From NCBI GenBank assembly GCA_034433775.1, contig DAOUAI010000032.1:206-64205 (forward strand): DNA of 64,000 nucleotides. Reading direction: 5' to 3'. Of the stretch, positions 38,603 through 49,226 are shown piece after piece. Numbering within the stretch: the stretch's first letter is position 1; each line of letters starts with the position of its first letter. Origin of the DNA: Dehalococcoidia bacterium (lineage in GTDB: Bacteria > Chloroflexota > Dehalococcoidia > GIF9 > UBA5629). The notes under the pieces were generated by a model that saw only the letters and a list, made by a program, of their open reading frames with translations, was not told the origin of the DNA and made no database searches. The position numbers and the translations under genes were made by a program.

Positions 38603-40123
38603 TTGCTAGCTAGAGTAAAAACTGCCGCCATAGTGGGTCTGGATGCCCAGATAGTAGAGGTCGAGGTCGACATAGCCAGCGGACTGCCAACAACAGTTAT
38701 AGTTGGACTACCGGACACTGCTGTGCAAGAGGCAAGAGAACGGGTCCGTGCTGCCATCCGCAATTCGGGCTGCAGTTTTCCTGCTCGAAGGATTACGATA
38801 AACCTAGCTCCGGCTGACCTCAAGAAAGCTGGACCAGCATACGACCTTCCGATCGCGATCGGCATACTGCTCAGTTCAGGACAAATCAATGCTGATGTTT
38901 CACAGACTATGTTCCTTGGAGAACTCTCTCTAGACGGTGCTTTACGACACACTCAGGGCATACTGCCAATGGTGTCGCTGGCTCGCGAGAAAGGACTGCC
39001 TCAGGTCTTTGTACCTGCCGCCGATGCAAGAGAAGCCGCTTTAATAAAAGGTATAAGTATCTTTCCCATTATTTCACTGGCCCAACTGGTCAGCCACTTT
39101 CGAGGCGAGACAATAATTTCCGAATATCAATCAGACACATCGTGGCAAAGCACAGATACAAGCCATGCTTCAGTGGACCTCTGTCACATAAAAGGACAGG
39201 AACATGCCAAGCGTGCCTTGGAGATAGCTGCCGCTGGCGGACACAACGTACTGATGTCCGGACCTCCAGGTAGCGGGAAAACCATGTTGGCTCGCTCACT
39301 GCCCTCGATAATGCCAGGGATGACCTTCGACGAAGCCCTAGAGGTGACCAAAATATACAGTGTCAGCGGGCTTCTTTCTCCCGATACTCCTCTTATAACC
39401 CAACGCCCTTTCCGCTCACCGCACTACACTATCTCACACGCCGGTCTCGTTGGTGGGGGGCACTGGCCCCGCCCCGGCGAAATAAGTCTGAGCCACCGTG
39501 GTGTGCTTTTCCTCGACGAATTCCCTGAATTCAGCCATATCGCCTTAGAGTCCCTGCGCCAACCGCTTGAGGACAAGGTTGTCACCATCAGTCGGGCACA
39601 AGGAAGTGTAACTTTCCCGGCAAATTTCATGCTTGTAGCTGCAATGAATCCCTGCCCTTGCGGCTATTATGGCGACCCTACCAAAGAATGTAAGTGCTCC
39701 TCGGGGGAAATCTCCCGCTATCAGAAGCGGATTAGCGGTCCACTTTTAGACCGCATAGATATCTTTATCGAAGTGCCTCGCTTGGAATACGAAAAACTCA
39801 CCGATGAGTCACTCTGTGAGACCTCGAGTGACGTCCGCAGCAGAGTAGAAGCCGCTAGAAGGACCCAACAACACAGATTCCGCGGCACAAAACTGACCTG
39901 CAATGCCGAGATGACACCAGTAGAGGTCAAGGAATTCTGCCGTCTGGAAACTGAAGCCCAGAGTTTGCTAAGAGCAGCTATGAAGCAATTCCATTTCACC
40001 GCTCGCTCTTTTCACCGCATACTCAAGCTCGCCAGGACCATCGCCGACCTAGATTGTACAGATGCTATCAAACCCCACCATCTTGCAGAGGCATTTCAAT
40101 ACCGTCAGCGGGGGCCCACTTAA
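38603..40123 (+). CDS. YifB/ComM family Mg-chelatase-like AAA+ ATPase
   Basis: N-terminal Lon-like domain, Walker A GPPGSGKTMLA, sensor and arginine-finger region; 506 aa. Confidence 0.85.
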   Translation: MLARVKTAAIVGLDAQIVEVEVDIASGLPTTVIVGLPDTAVQEARERVRAAIRNSGCSFPARRITINLAPADLKKAGPAYDLPIAIGILLSSGQINADVSQTMFLGELSLDGALRHTQGILPMVSLAREKGLPQVFVPAADAREAALIKGISIFPIISLAQLVSHFRGETIISEYQSDTSWQSTDTSHASVDLCHIKGQEHAKRALEIAAAGGHNVLMSGPPGSGKTMLARSLPSIMPGMTFDEALEVTKIYSVSGLLSPDTPLITQRPFRSPHYTISHAGLVGGGHWPRPGEISLSHRGVLFLDEFPEFSHIALESLRQPLEDKVVTISRAQGSVTFPANFMLVAAMNPCPCGYYGDPTKECKCSSGEISRYQKRISGPLLDRIDIFIEVPRLEYEKLTDESLCETSSDVRSRVEAARRTQQHRFRGTKLTCNAEMTPVEVKEFCRLETEAQSLLRAAMKQFHFTARSFHRILKLARTIADLDCTDAIKPHHLAEAFQYRQRGPT

Positions 40124-40195
40124 ATCAACTCAAAAGAGCAACCTCTAATGTAGTGCAGGACTAAACATAAAGATGACTGCTGCTAGCCCTGATAG

Positions 40196-40912
40196 CTAGC
40201 CCCGCTCGTTGGACCGCCTAAAGGAATCCGGTAATTCAAATTCAGCCCGTCCAGCAGTACATTTATCAAGGCTCCGCATCACACCATGAAGACGATGATA
40301 AGGTATTGAAACCAGTAAGTCCTCGGGATTATACCCTTGCAATCGTCGACTAGTATAGTCCATAAGGCTCACATTAAGTTCGCCACTCACAAGCGGATAA
40401 GCTACAGCTTGATGACAGGTTGAACCAGACATTTCCAGTTTAGGAGGTATACCTGTAGAATACATGTCGAGCGTGACTAAACGGCATGCCTGCAAAGCAT
40501 TACAGATAAACAGCACTACATCAGGCTCGAACTCGGCTTTTTCCATAGGGGATAGGACAACATGCTCAGCAAGACCCAAAGGTGGTGCCGTAGATAAATA
40601 TTGAACCCGATGGAACGCGGCTATGGAACAGAACAGCTTCTCGCCCCTCACCAAGAATTCCTTAAGCGCTTTATCACCTTCACCTTTTGGTCTCTCGGTC
40701 AACCCCAAGTGCCATGACCCTCCCCGGCAAGAGGAACTTTCCGCCGTAAGGTCGATGATCTCCCCATCCCGTGCCTTAAGAAAAGCCTCGCACACACGAT
40801 GTCTCCCGGAAATTGCCTCGCCCGGGGGCTTCATCGAATAAGTGATGGCCACAGGACTTCCAATGAGCCCGATGACAGCTTTGATCTCCTCGGTATAGCT
40901 TTTCCACTCCAT
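40196..40912 (-). CDS. hypothetical protein, DUF169-like
   Basis: About 240 aa with conserved Cys; family assignment is from memory of the length and pattern only. Confidence 0.45.
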   Translation of the reverse strand: MEWKSYTEEIKAVIGLIGSPVAITYSMKPPGEAISGRHRVCEAFLKARDGEIIDLTAESSSCRGGSWHLGLTERPKGEGDKALKEFLVRGEKLFCSIAAFHRVQYLSTAPPLGLAEHVVLSPMEKAEFEPDVVLFICNALQACRLVTLDMYSTGIPPKLEMSGSTCHQAVAYPLVSGELNVSLMDYTSRRLQGYNPEDLLVSIPYHRLHGVMRSLDKCTAGRAEFELPDSFRRSNERG

Positions 40913-40937
40913 TTTTGCCTCCTTTTTATGAAGTGCC

Positions 40938-41273
40938 TTACTGGACTAGCTTCATAGTTATTAAGGCTGCGACCATATAAAGGAAAACGCCGGTAACCAC
41001 CGATGGCACAAGTCCCCACCGCTGTAACATAAATATCATAGCAAAAGCGTACAAGGCCCATGCCGGAAGTAATAATAGCATACCACGGAAATACGATACG
41101 GTTGCATTAGCACCCCCGGTCAAGTATATACTGACCAGTGTTACTACCGTAACACTGGGGAAGAAAGCCACGAAAGCGGCGAGTAACCCTTTGCCGGAGC
41201 TGCCAAAATAAGTCACCACGGCGACGATTGTTCCACCAATTAAGAAATACAGGAGCAGCAGCTTTACACTCAT
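40938..41273 (-). CDS. small integral membrane protein (3 predicted TM helices)
   Basis: Three hydrophobic stretches of about 20 aa each; 111 aa. Confidence 0.5.
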   Translation of the reverse strand: MSVKLLLLYFLIGGTIVAVVTYFGSSGKGLLAAFVAFFPSVTVVTLVSIYLTGGANATVSYFRGMLLLLPAWALYAFAMIFMLQRWGLVPSVVTGVFLYMVAALITMKLVQ

Positions 41274-41381
41274 AAGTCGCCTCCGGAAAAGAGTTTATTT
41301 CCAGCCCCCAGACTTCACACCTCGAGCACAGACAAGCCCATCAGAGTTACAAAAGTAAAAATTTATCGCTCTGGAAACCCA

Positions 41382-42815
41382 CTACAACCCCAGCCTGGGT
41401 TTGTGCCCTGCCCAAGGTCTTGCCTGTTCAAGCTGTGCCGCTAGACGGAAAAGCGTTGCCTCATCACCAAAGCGGCCCACAAAATGGACACCGACAGGAA
41501 GACCATCAGTATTCCAGAATAGCGGCACTGACATAGCTGGCTGCCCTGTGATATTACATATAGGTGTAAAAGGAACAAATTCGGCAGCCCGACGTTGAGC
41601 ATAGAATGGGTCGTCGGGGGGACAGTCAAACGAGCCGAGAGGCAACGGCGGCTCAGCTAAAGTTGGTGTGAGCCAGACATGGTAATCAAGGAAGAACTTA
41701 GCTACTTCTCTCGAAAATCTTTGCAGCAGATTCACTGCAATTAAGTATTCTGATGCAGTCCGCCGACGCCCCATCTCATAAATAGCCCAGGTTGCTGGCT
41801 CAAACTGCTCCGGCACCGGTCTCTTGCCCATAGCCAGAGCAGCAGCTTCAATCGTTGAAGCACATCCGGCTGCCCAAACGGTCATGAATGCACGATTCAC
41901 CAATTCACTATCCACCACTGGCGAAAACTCAATCATCTCGTGACCAAGCTCAGCACATAGCCTTGCTGCGTCTAGGACCGCGGTAACACAATCAGAGTGT
42001 ACTGCAGCACCTGTAGGAGCCTTAACAGTAAAAGCAATACGAAGACGTCCTGGTGGCACGCCTACTTCGCTCTTGAAAGGACGACGCCTTGGTGGTGCCC
42101 AGTAAGGATCACCCGGGCTTGGTCCGCAAGTAGCATCAAGAAGGGTTGCGCTGTCACGAACAGTGCGCGTCAAAGCATGTTCCACCACCAGCCCACCCAT
42201 AATGTCGCCAAAATCAGGACCCAAGGGATTCCGGCCACGTGTCGGTTTCAACCCGAAAAGCCCGCAGCAGGACGCTGGGATACGAATCGAGCCACCGCCA
42301 TCATTGCCATGAGCCATGGGTACCATTCCAGCAGCTACAGCGGCTGCTGACCCACCGCTGGAACCACCCACCGTTTTCGTTAAATCCCAAGGATTATGGC
42401 ACGGACCAAATAACCGTGGCTCTGTAGTCGGCAAAAGTCCGAACTCTGGCGTGTTAGTCTTACCCAAGATGATCAACCCGGCACGCTTCAGCCTTATCAC
42501 GAGCTCACTATCGCTGGAAGATATGAAGTCAGCTAGAAAGGCACTACCCAGGGTCATGCGGACTCCCTTATACGATGCCAGGAGGTCTTTAAGCAAAAAA
42601 GGCACCCCGGTGAATGGTCCCTTGGGCAACTTGCCAGTGGCTAAAGCACGAGCCTGGTCATACATAGGTGTGACCACAGCATTAAGTAACGGGTTCAACC
42701 TCTCAATTCTTTCAATAGCTGCATCTACAAGCTCTAGCGGCGTAACTTCCTTGCGTTTGACCAGTTCTGCCTGAGCAGTGGCATCAAGAAAAGCCAGTTC
42801 GTCCGCCTTTATCAC
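41382..42815 (-). CDS. amidase-signature family amidase
   Basis: [16 protein letters not shown] amidase signature, Ser-cisSer-Lys triad context; 477 aa. Confidence 0.85.
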   Translation of the reverse strand: MIKADELAFLDATAQAELVKRKEVTPLELVDAAIERIERLNPLLNAVVTPMYDQARALATGKLPKGPFTGVPFLLKDLLASYKGVRMTLGSAFLADFISSSDSELVIRLKRAGLIILGKTNTPEFGLLPTTEPRLFGPCHNPWDLTKTVGGSSGGSAAAVAAGMVPMAHGNDGGGSIRIPASCCGLFGLKPTRGRNPLGPDFGDIMGGLVVEHALTRTVRDSATLLDATCGPSPGDPYWAPPRRRPFKSEVGVPPGRLRIAFTVKAPTGAAVHSDCVTAVLDAARLCAELGHEMIEFSPVVDSELVNRAFMTVWAAGCASTIEAAALAMGKRPVPEQFEPATWAIYEMGRRRTASEYLIAVNLLQRFSREVAKFFLDYHVWLTPTLAEPPLPLGSFDCPPDDPFYAQRRAAEFVPFTPICNITGQPAMSVPLFWNTDGLPVGVHFVGRFGDEATLFRLAAQLEQARPWAGHKPRLGL

Positions 42816-42840
42816 TTCCCACCTCCTTAAAAATAAATGC

Positions 42841-43113
42841 CTATTTCTCCACCCGCCTCAGCTCAAAGACTACTGGATTTGCCGGATCGGGGCAGGCAAT
42901 AGTAGTCTTATGCTGACTTGGTTCCCACGGGAAACCACCACCCAACTGTAGAACCGAAACAAACGGAAATAAAACATAGAACGCCCAGCAGCACATACCA
43001 GGTGGAGTCATGTCGCCGATCACGAATTCGTCCCCCACCTTATGACCAGCAGCACAATGTCCCTCTTGCGAGACAACCTTGGCAACCACTTCATAGGACT
43101 CTCCCTGAGACAT
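42841..43113 (-). CDS. TIGR04076-family small Cys/His-rich protein (91 aa)
   Basis: [32 protein letters not shown]...[15 protein letters not shown]; start at ATG preceded by GGAGGTG; the upstream 37 codons of the listed ORF are not needed. Confidence 0.55.
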   Translation of the reverse strand: MSQGESYEVVAKVVSQEGHCAAGHKVGDEFVIGDMTPPGMCCWAFYVLFPFVSVLQLGGGFPWEPSQHKTTIACPDPANPVVFELRRVEK

Positions 43114-43331
43114 ATACCCACACCTCCTTACATTTTCAAGGCAATCATTGCAACACAAGCCACCACACAAAACCTCCACCATTAAACAGTGATCAAAAAT
43201 TAGGTGGCAAGCAACACAGGGCAACAAGTGGAAACGAAGAGTCCCATCAAACCAACCGCCTCACCGTCTGTTTCGAAACTAATGATATCCTACTCCCTAG
43301 CGTGCTTGCCACCAAGAAAAAACTGACAGCT

Positions 43332-43724
43332 TTACTTAACTTCTACTGTAGCCCCAGCCTCTTCCAGCTTTTTCTTTATTGTAGCTGCCTCTTCCTTACC
43401 TATACCCTCCTTGACAGGCTTCGGGGCGCTTTCCACAAGCTCTTTAGCCTCCTTCAGCCCCAAAGTGGTAACCTCTCGCACTGCTTTGATCACATTGATC
43501 TTATTCTCACCAACCTCCTTTAAAATGACCGTAAATTCGGTCTTCTCTTCCTCAGCTGGTGCAGCTGCCACTGATGCACCTGGAGCCGTTGGGGCTGCAG
43601 CTACTGCTACTGGTGATGCAGTGATGCCAAACTCCTCCTCTAGAGCTTTAACCAACTCGGCTAACTCCAAAACCGTCATCTTTTTTACCGCTGCTATAAT
43701 TTCCTCTTTTGTCATTGTTATCAC
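43332..43724 (-). CDS. rplL: 50S ribosomal protein L7/L12
   Basis: Ala/Glu-rich hinge and a conserved C-terminal domain ([20 protein letters not shown]...[20 protein letters not shown]). Confidence 0.9.
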   Translation of the reverse strand: MITMTKEEIIAAVKKMTVLELAELVKALEEEFGITASPVAVAAAPTAPGASVAAAPAEEEKTEFTVILKEVGENKINVIKAVREVTTLGLKEAKELVESAPKPVKEGIGKEEAATIKKKLEEAGATVEVK

Positions 43725-43819
43725 TCCTTTTCCTTAGAATAATCACTTCAGCCCAGATTGTTTTCCGGGACTGTTTTTTTCACTCGAGCTTCAGCCTTTA
43801 ATCCTCACATCCGATAATC

Positions 43820-44356
43820 TTAATTTCCCCCAATCTGCTGGGCCCTGAGATTCAACACGCTGACAAACGACCGTAACGGGGCAGCCAACATGTTATGTAA
43901 AATTTGCAACGGTGCTTGCAATTGACCGATCAACCTGGCAAGTAAAACTTCTCGCGATGGTAATGTAGCCAAACTTGATACCCCTTCAGCATTCAATAGC
44001 TTGTCGCCTAACACTCCACCTTTGATCTGCAGCACCGATCCGGATGACTGAATATATTCCCGCAAGACACGCGCTGGCTTGACCACATCATCAAAACAGA
44101 ATGCTAAAGCCACAGGACCGTTCAACAATACACTCAATTGCTGTACACCAGCTTTCTCAGCGGCAAACCTAGCTAAGGTATTTTTCACCACACGATATTC
44201 AATACCCTCGTCCGCGAGCAAGCGACGAAGCTGCATTACTTCCCTCGCCGTTATTCCTCGGTAATCTACAGCTATAGCTATAGAACAACGAGATAGCCTT
44301 TCAGCTAATTCCTCTATAACTTTTTTCTTTTTTTCTTTCTCTTTCGGCATATACAC
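43820..44356 (-). CDS. rplJ: 50S ribosomal protein L10
   Basis: L10 fold and synteny with rplL. Confidence 0.9.
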   Translation of the reverse strand: MYMPKEKEKKKKVIEELAERLSRCSIAIAVDYRGITAREVMQLRRLLADEGIEYRVVKNTLARFAAEKAGVQQLSVLLNGPVALAFCFDDVVKPARVLREYIQSSGSVLQIKGGVLGDKLLNAEGVSSLATLPSREVLLARLIGQLQAPLQILHNMLAAPLRSFVSVLNLRAQQIGGN

Positions 44357-44530
44357 ACCCCCTATAACCTAAAAAAGTCCTTGTGCCTAGGCATCAAGGA
44401 CTTCTACGAAAACTTCCTTTCTGGTCAGCCTAGGCAGGCCTGCAATTTAAGCCCTAAGAGGCACCTGCGGTTATGGGCACAGACCAAAATTTATGCTATT
44501 TTCAGTTAACCAAAATCCAGCCTCTTAAGC
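44357..44530 (-). promoter_or_regulatory. rplJ leader region (candidate L10-L12 autoregulatory leader)
   Basis: 174-nt untranslated gap between rplA and rplJ, the canonical position of the L10 leader. Confidence 0.4.
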
Positions 44531-45232
44531 TTAGGACAAAAGCGTCTTCAAGTCAAGTCTGATCCCTGGTCCCATGGTGGTCGATAGGAAAGCACTGCGG
44601 ATGTACTGTCCCTTTGCTCCGCTGGGCCGAGCTCTCACTACAGACTCCACCACTGCATTTAGATTGTCCAGGAGTTGGTTATCAGCAAAGCTGATTTTGC
44701 CAATCGGTACATGGATAATCCCCGTCCTATCCAAGCGGAACTCTACCCTGCCTTTGCGAGCATCAGCTATAGCCCGCGGTAAGTCCTCTGCAGATACCAC
44801 GGTCCCTGACTTGGGATTAGGCATCAGCCCCTTGCGCCCTAATATCCTGCCTAACTTACCCACTTTACCCATCATGTCCGGTGTTGCAATGCCAACATCG
44901 AAGTCAAGCCAGCCGTCCTCTATCTTCTTAATAAGCTCATCACCACCCACATAATCAGCACCAGCCCCCTCAGCACTTCGAGCAGCCTCGCCTTGGGCAA
45001 AGACTAAAACCTTGATTCTCTTGCCCAGCCCATGTGGCAAAATAGCTATGCCACGTACTTGCTGCTCAGCGCTTCTCGGGTCAAGCCCCATCCTTAAATG
45101 TAGCTCAACAGTCTCATCAAACTTGGCAAATGCAGCCTTCTTGGCTAATGCAATGGCCTCGTTTGGTGGATAAGCAATCGCTCGATCCAAGACTTTGACA
45201 GCGCTCTGATATTTTTTACCTCTAGTCGTCAT
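44531..45232 (-). CDS. rplA: 50S ribosomal protein L1
   Basis: L1 family sequence, 233 aa, synteny. Confidence 0.9.
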   Translation of the reverse strand: MTTRGKKYQSAVKVLDRAIAYPPNEAIALAKKAAFAKFDETVELHLRMGLDPRSAEQQVRGIAILPHGLGKRIKVLVFAQGEAARSAEGAGADYVGGDELIKKIEDGWLDFDVGIATPDMMGKVGKLGRILGRKGLMPNPKSGTVVSAEDLPRAIADARKGRVEFRLDRTGIIHVPIGKISFADNQLLDNLNAVVESVVRARPSGAKGQYIRSAFLSTTMGPGIRLDLKTLLS

Positions 45233-45235
45233 ATT

Positions 45236-45658
45236 TTATTCCACCTTGATACCCATACTACGTGCTGTACCTTCAACAATTTTTGCTGCGGCCTCAACGT
45301 CCCGTGCATTCAAATCTTTCATCTTGAGTTTAGCAATTTCATAAAGCTTAGACCGCGATAAAGTGCCTGCACTCTGCCTACCCGGAGTACCACTTCCCTT
45401 TTCGATGCCTAAAGACTTCTTCAGCAAATCGGAAGCTGGAGGTGTTTTAGTGACAAAACTGAACGACCTGTCTTCATATATGGTTATTTCCACCGGTACG
45501 ATAGAGCCAGCCTGCGATTTAGTCCTCTCATTGTAGTCCTTACAAAAAGCCATGATATTGACACCGTGCTGACCAAGAGCTGGTCCTACCGGTGGAGCAG
45601 GTGTTGCTTTACCAGCCTCGATCTGCAATTTTATAACTGCTTTAATCTTTTTAGCCAT
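45236..45658 (-). CDS. rplK: 50S ribosomal protein L11
   Basis: [29 protein letters not shown] start. Confidence 0.9.
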   Translation of the reverse strand: MAKKIKAVIKLQIEAGKATPAPPVGPALGQHGVNIMAFCKDYNERTKSQAGSIVPVEITIYEDRSFSFVTKTPPASDLLKKSLGIEKGSGTPGRQSAGTLSRSKLYEIAKLKMKDLNARDVEAAAKIVEGTARSMGIKVE

Positions 45659-45660
45659 CC

Positions 45661-46194
45661 TTATAACCTCTGAACCTGTAAGAAATCAAGCTCCACAGAC
45701 GTCTCACGACCGAACAACGTTAGCAATACTCTAACTTTGCCCCTTGTCTCATTTATCTCATCAACAACCCCCACAAAATCAGTGAATGGCCCGTCGACCA
45801 CACGCACACTATCGCCCTTCCGAAATCCTATCTTTACTCTAGGAACGCCCTCTTTCATCTGCTTCAATATAGACTCCACCTCCGATTCAGACAGTGGCGT
45901 CGGTTTGCTACCACTGCCTACAAAACCGGTTATTCCTGGTGTATTCCGCACCACATTCCAGCTCTTATCATCCATTTTCATCTGCACAAGCACGTATCCC
46001 GGGAATACTTTTTTCGTCACTGTCCTGCGCTGCCCACCTTTGACCTCTATCTCTTCTTCGGTTGGAATCACAACCTGGAAAATCTTGTCCGCGGCGTCCA
46101 TGAACTTCACTCGCTGCTCCAGAGCTTTCTTTACACGCTCTTCATACCCAGAATAAGTATGCACGATATACCACTTTCTATCATTGTCAGTCAT
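45661..46194 (-). CDS. nusG: transcription termination/antitermination factor NusG
   Basis: NGN domain plus KOW motif ([11 protein letters not shown]). Confidence 0.9.
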   Translation of the reverse strand: MTDNDRKWYIVHTYSGYEERVKKALEQRVKFMDAADKIFQVVIPTEEEIEVKGGQRRTVTKKVFPGYVLVQMKMDDKSWNVVRNTPGITGFVGSGSKPTPLSESEVESILKQMKEGVPRVKIGFRKGDSVRVVDGPFTDFVGVVDEINETRGKVRVLLTLFGRETSVELDFLQVQRL

Positions 46195-46200
46195 GGAAAA

Positions 46201-46431
46201 TTAGCTCCCGCCCAAGAAGATTTTAGACACGAGTTCTGCAAAACCGTAGTCCAGAACTCCTAAAATGAGCCCGACTGCAACACATAAAGCAATAACCATA
46301 AGCGTCAACCGCAAGGTCTCCTGTCTTGATGGCCAAACAACTTTCCTTAACTCACCAACGATGTCGCTGATAAAAGCGAACCTTGAACGTTTTTTGGGCT
46401 TGGCAGTCTGAAGCTGAGCTTTCTTCACCAA
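46201..46431 (-). CDS. secE: preprotein translocase subunit SecE
   Basis: Single C-terminal TM helix, position between rpmG and nusG; non-ATG (TTG/GTG) start. Confidence 0.8.
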   Translation of the reverse strand: MVKKAQLQTAKPKKRSRFAFISDIVGELRKVVWPSRQETLRLTLMVIALCVAVGLILGVLDYGFAELVSKIFLGGS

Positions 46432-46434
46432 AGA

Positions 46435-46602
46435 TTATCTGGTCTCCCGGTGGAGTGTGTGAGCATGACAACGTGGACAATACTTACGTAACTCCAACCG
46501 CTGCGGGTCATTCTTCTTATTCTTCGTGGTAGTATAGGTCCTCTCCTGGCATTGAGTACACGCCAAGTGGATAATACCACGAGATTCACCTTTCTTAGCC
46601 AT
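46435..46602 (-). CDS. rpmG: 50S ribosomal protein L33 (55 aa, below the ORF-track length cutoff)
   Basis: Hand translation [55 protein letters not shown] with CxxC...CxxC zinc ribbon. Confidence 0.8.
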   Translation of the reverse strand: MAKKGESRGIIHLACTQCQERTYTTTKNKKNDPQRLELRKYCPRCHAHTLHRETR

Positions 46603-46604
46603 GA

Positions 46605-47802
46605 CTATTCTAATATCTTGCTGATAGCACCAGCACCAACTGTTCTGCCACCCTCTCTAATAGCAAAACGCAGCCCGGATTCCAAGGCAACCGGGTATAT
46701 CAACTTAACAGTCATCTTTATATTATCTCCAGGCATTACCATCTCAACACCCTTGGGCAACTCGATAGTGCCAGTGACATCCAATGTTCGTATATAAAAC
46801 TGAGGCTTGTAACCATTAAAGAAGGGGGTGTGACGCCCACCTTCCTCTTTTGTCAACACGTACACCTCAGCTTCAAAATGCGTGTGGGGCGTGATAGAGC
46901 CAGGAGCAGCCAGGACCTGCCCCCTCTCGATTTCATCACGCTCTATGCCTCTGAGCAGACAGCCAACCGCATCGCCAGGCTCTGCAAACTCAAGCGTTTT
47001 ATGGAACATCTCCAAGCCCGTTATCACGGTCTTGCGTGTTTCTTTGATGCCAACAATCTCAACTTCATCACCTACCTTCGCCACACCACGCTCCACCCTG
47101 CCTGGCTACTGTGCCACGCCCCTTGATTCCAAAAACGTCTTCGACCGGCATCAAGAACGGCTTATCCTTCGGTCTAACAGGCAATGGAACCCACTCGTCG
47201 ACAGCATCCGTCAGCTGAAGAATCTTGCCGCACCACTGACACTCCCTCTTACCACAGCCGCACTCCAAAGCTTTTAACGCGCTTACTCTAACCACAGGCG
47301 TCTTGTCACCCGGGAAACCGTATTTTGCAAGTAACTCCCTAACTTCAAGTTCAACAAGCTCGAGCAGCTCTTCGTCCTCCATAGCATCTACCTTGTTCAA
47401 TGCTACCAGCATACTGGGCACCTCGACCTGGCGAGCCAGAAGAATATGCTCTCTGGTCTGGGGCATAGGACCATCGGGAGCACTCACCACCAGTATCGCA
47501 CCATCCATCTGGGCTGCACCTGTAATCATGTTCTTTATATAGTCGGCATGCCCGGGGCAGTCCACATGAGCATAATGGCGTTTCTCAGTCTCATACTCAA
47601 TATGAGCGATAGCAATCGTCAAACCGCGTGCTTTCTCCTCAGGAGCATTATCTATAGAATCAAATGAGCGAAACTGAGTTGGTCCATTCTTCGACAACAC
47701 CAGCGTAATCGCTGAGGTCAAAGTGGTCTTGCCATGGTCCACATGACCAATTGTCCCTACATTAACATGCGGTTTGGTTCGCTCAAAAACCTTCTTTGCC
47801 AT
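46605..47802 (-). pseudogene. tuf: elongation factor Tu split by an apparent 2-nt deletion (frameshift near 47103)
   Basis: N-terminal ORF ([22 protein letters not shown]) ends ...[17 protein letters not shown]; C-terminal part resumes in the +1 frame as [15 protein letters not shown]; the junction corresponds to canonical GRGTVVTGRVERG. Confidence 0.85.
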
Positions 47803-47826
47803 TTTTAAAACCCTCCTTTTCTACCG

Positions 47827-47899
47827 AGCCCACAACCAGATTCGAACTGGTGACCCCGTTCTTACCAAGAACGTGCTCTACCTGCTGAGCTATGTGGGC
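47827..47899 (-). tRNA. tRNA-Thr(GGT)
   Basis: Hand-folded: acceptor GCCCACA/TGTGGGC, anticodon loop TTGGTAA, T-loop TTCGAAT. Confidence 0.85.
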
Positions 47900-47984
47900 A
47901 ACTAATTACGTTATCCCTTTTCAGGGTTACCAAAATTTTTATCAGATTATACACTATTTTAATAAACTCTCCAAGATTTGCAAG

Positions 47985-48070
47985 TGGTGGAGGGGGTAGG
48001 ATTCGAACCTACGCAGCCTTCAGGCGGCAGATTTACAGTCTGCTCCGATTGTCCACTCCGGCACCCCTCC
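47985..48070 (-). tRNA. tRNA-Tyr(GTA), long variable arm, CCA encoded
   Basis: Acceptor GGAGGGG/CCCCTCC, anticodon loop CTGTAAA, long variable arm, T-loop TTCGAAT; close resemblance to E. coli tyrT. Confidence 0.85.
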
Positions 48071-48085
48071 CAGACAATACACGAT

Positions 48086-48158
48086 AGCCCGAGAGGGGAG
48101 TCGAACCCGCTAACCTACCGATTACAAGTCGGTTGCGCTACCATTGCGCCACTCGGGC
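48086..48158 (-). tRNA. tRNA-Thr(TGT)
   Basis: Acceptor GCCCGAG/CTCGGGC, anticodon loop CTTGTAA, T-loop TTCGACT; one C-C mismatch in the T-stem. Confidence 0.7.
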
Positions 48159-48330
48159 AAACAAGCTTAGCACTCTGGCTTCGCCTTGAACTATGCTCAA
48201 TTTCAGGCTCTTAGTATAAATAAAGAGAAGAGTAAAAGTCAAACTAAGCGAGGCATTTTACTCTCAGGTGATAAGGTCTTGTCTGTTATCTAAGGTGTGT
48301 CTTCTTCACCTTGAATGATAACAACCTCAG

Positions 48331-48957
48331 CTATTCGACCCCAGCACCTGAAACAAGCCTTTGACCGGCAATAAAAGCCTCGTCCAATGCTGCTGGATAT
48401 CGCAGAATGGCCCCCTTCTCATCAATCCCGGAAAAGGTTACCTCACCAGCATAGTCCACATCTAGAGTCGCGAACAAGCTCTTCACCGTCGCTATCGCTG
48501 GCCGGAACAGGTTGTGTACCTTCCTCCCACCCACCGAAACGAACAGTCCACTACGTTCCTTACCCGAGGGAATAGACACCGGCAGCTTGAGGACATACTT
48601 TACAACCCAGAGCGCCTGGCAGCGGTCAATCATAGCCTTAGTCTGAGCTGTCAGCCCCATGAAGAAAATCGGTGACGCTAATACGATACGATCTGCTTCC
48701 CTTAAATCAACGTGCAACCACTGCATATCATCATTTACAACACATTTGCCTGTGTTCAAACAACCATCACAATGCCGGCAAGGAGCAATGTCCAGCTCAC
48801 TAAGCACAACAGTCTTGACCTTAGCTCCCTGTTCAGCAGCACCAGCCATTACACGCTGAAGGAGAACATCCGTATTGCCATTACGCCGGGGGCTACCAGC
48901 TATACCCAGAACCTTTATATTTCGGACTACCTCTTTCTTTTCCTTGTTATTAAACAT
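48331..48957 (-). CDS. iron-sulfur flavoprotein (Isf) / NADPH-dependent FMN reductase family
   Basis: KVLGIAGSPRRNGNTDVL flavodoxin-like start plus compact Cys motif CRHCDGCLNTGKC; start ATG 48957. Confidence 0.75.
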   Translation of the reverse strand: MFNNKEKKEVVRNIKVLGIAGSPRRNGNTDVLLQRVMAGAAEQGAKVKTVVLSELDIAPCRHCDGCLNTGKCVVNDDMQWLHVDLREADRIVLASPIFFMGLTAQTKAMIDRCQALWVVKYVLKLPVSIPSGKERSGLFVSVGGRKVHNLFRPAIATVKSLFATLDVDYAGEVTFSGIDEKGAILRYPAALDEAFIAGQRLVSGAGVE

Positions 48958-49226
48958 TCTGTGTTCACCTGAATACAGTAACAAACAAAACTTTCTGCTC
49001 CTCATTCGGGACACTCATGCTGGGACAGACTGCCACAAAATGCATTAAGGTGACACAACTCATTATACTTTAGCAACACAACGATTATCTAATCATCGCC
49101 CGCAAAACACGAAAACAGAAATGGCAAAGCCGGTCCGGCACAATATATTTTGCAGGCAACAGCACAAATAGGCTAAAATTAAAAGCACTTTTTATTTTAT
49201 CAAACCGAAACCCAGCGAGGGAGAAA

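Noticed and set aside
40182-40200. Two GCTAGC palindromes that could form a hairpin between convergent comM and the DUF169-like gene
   Set aside because: The second copy overlaps the DUF169-like stop codon and no T-tract follows, which is not convincing for a terminator.
46605-47802. Two separate ORFs (163 aa and 244 aa) in the ORF track
   Set aside because: They are the C- and N-terminal halves of one EF-Tu gene separated by a frameshift. They were reported as a single disrupted tuf.
47978-48214. 78-aa plus-strand ORF
   Set aside because: Overlaps tRNA-Tyr and tRNA-Thr(TGT) on the opposite strand, so it is an artefact of the tRNA sequence.
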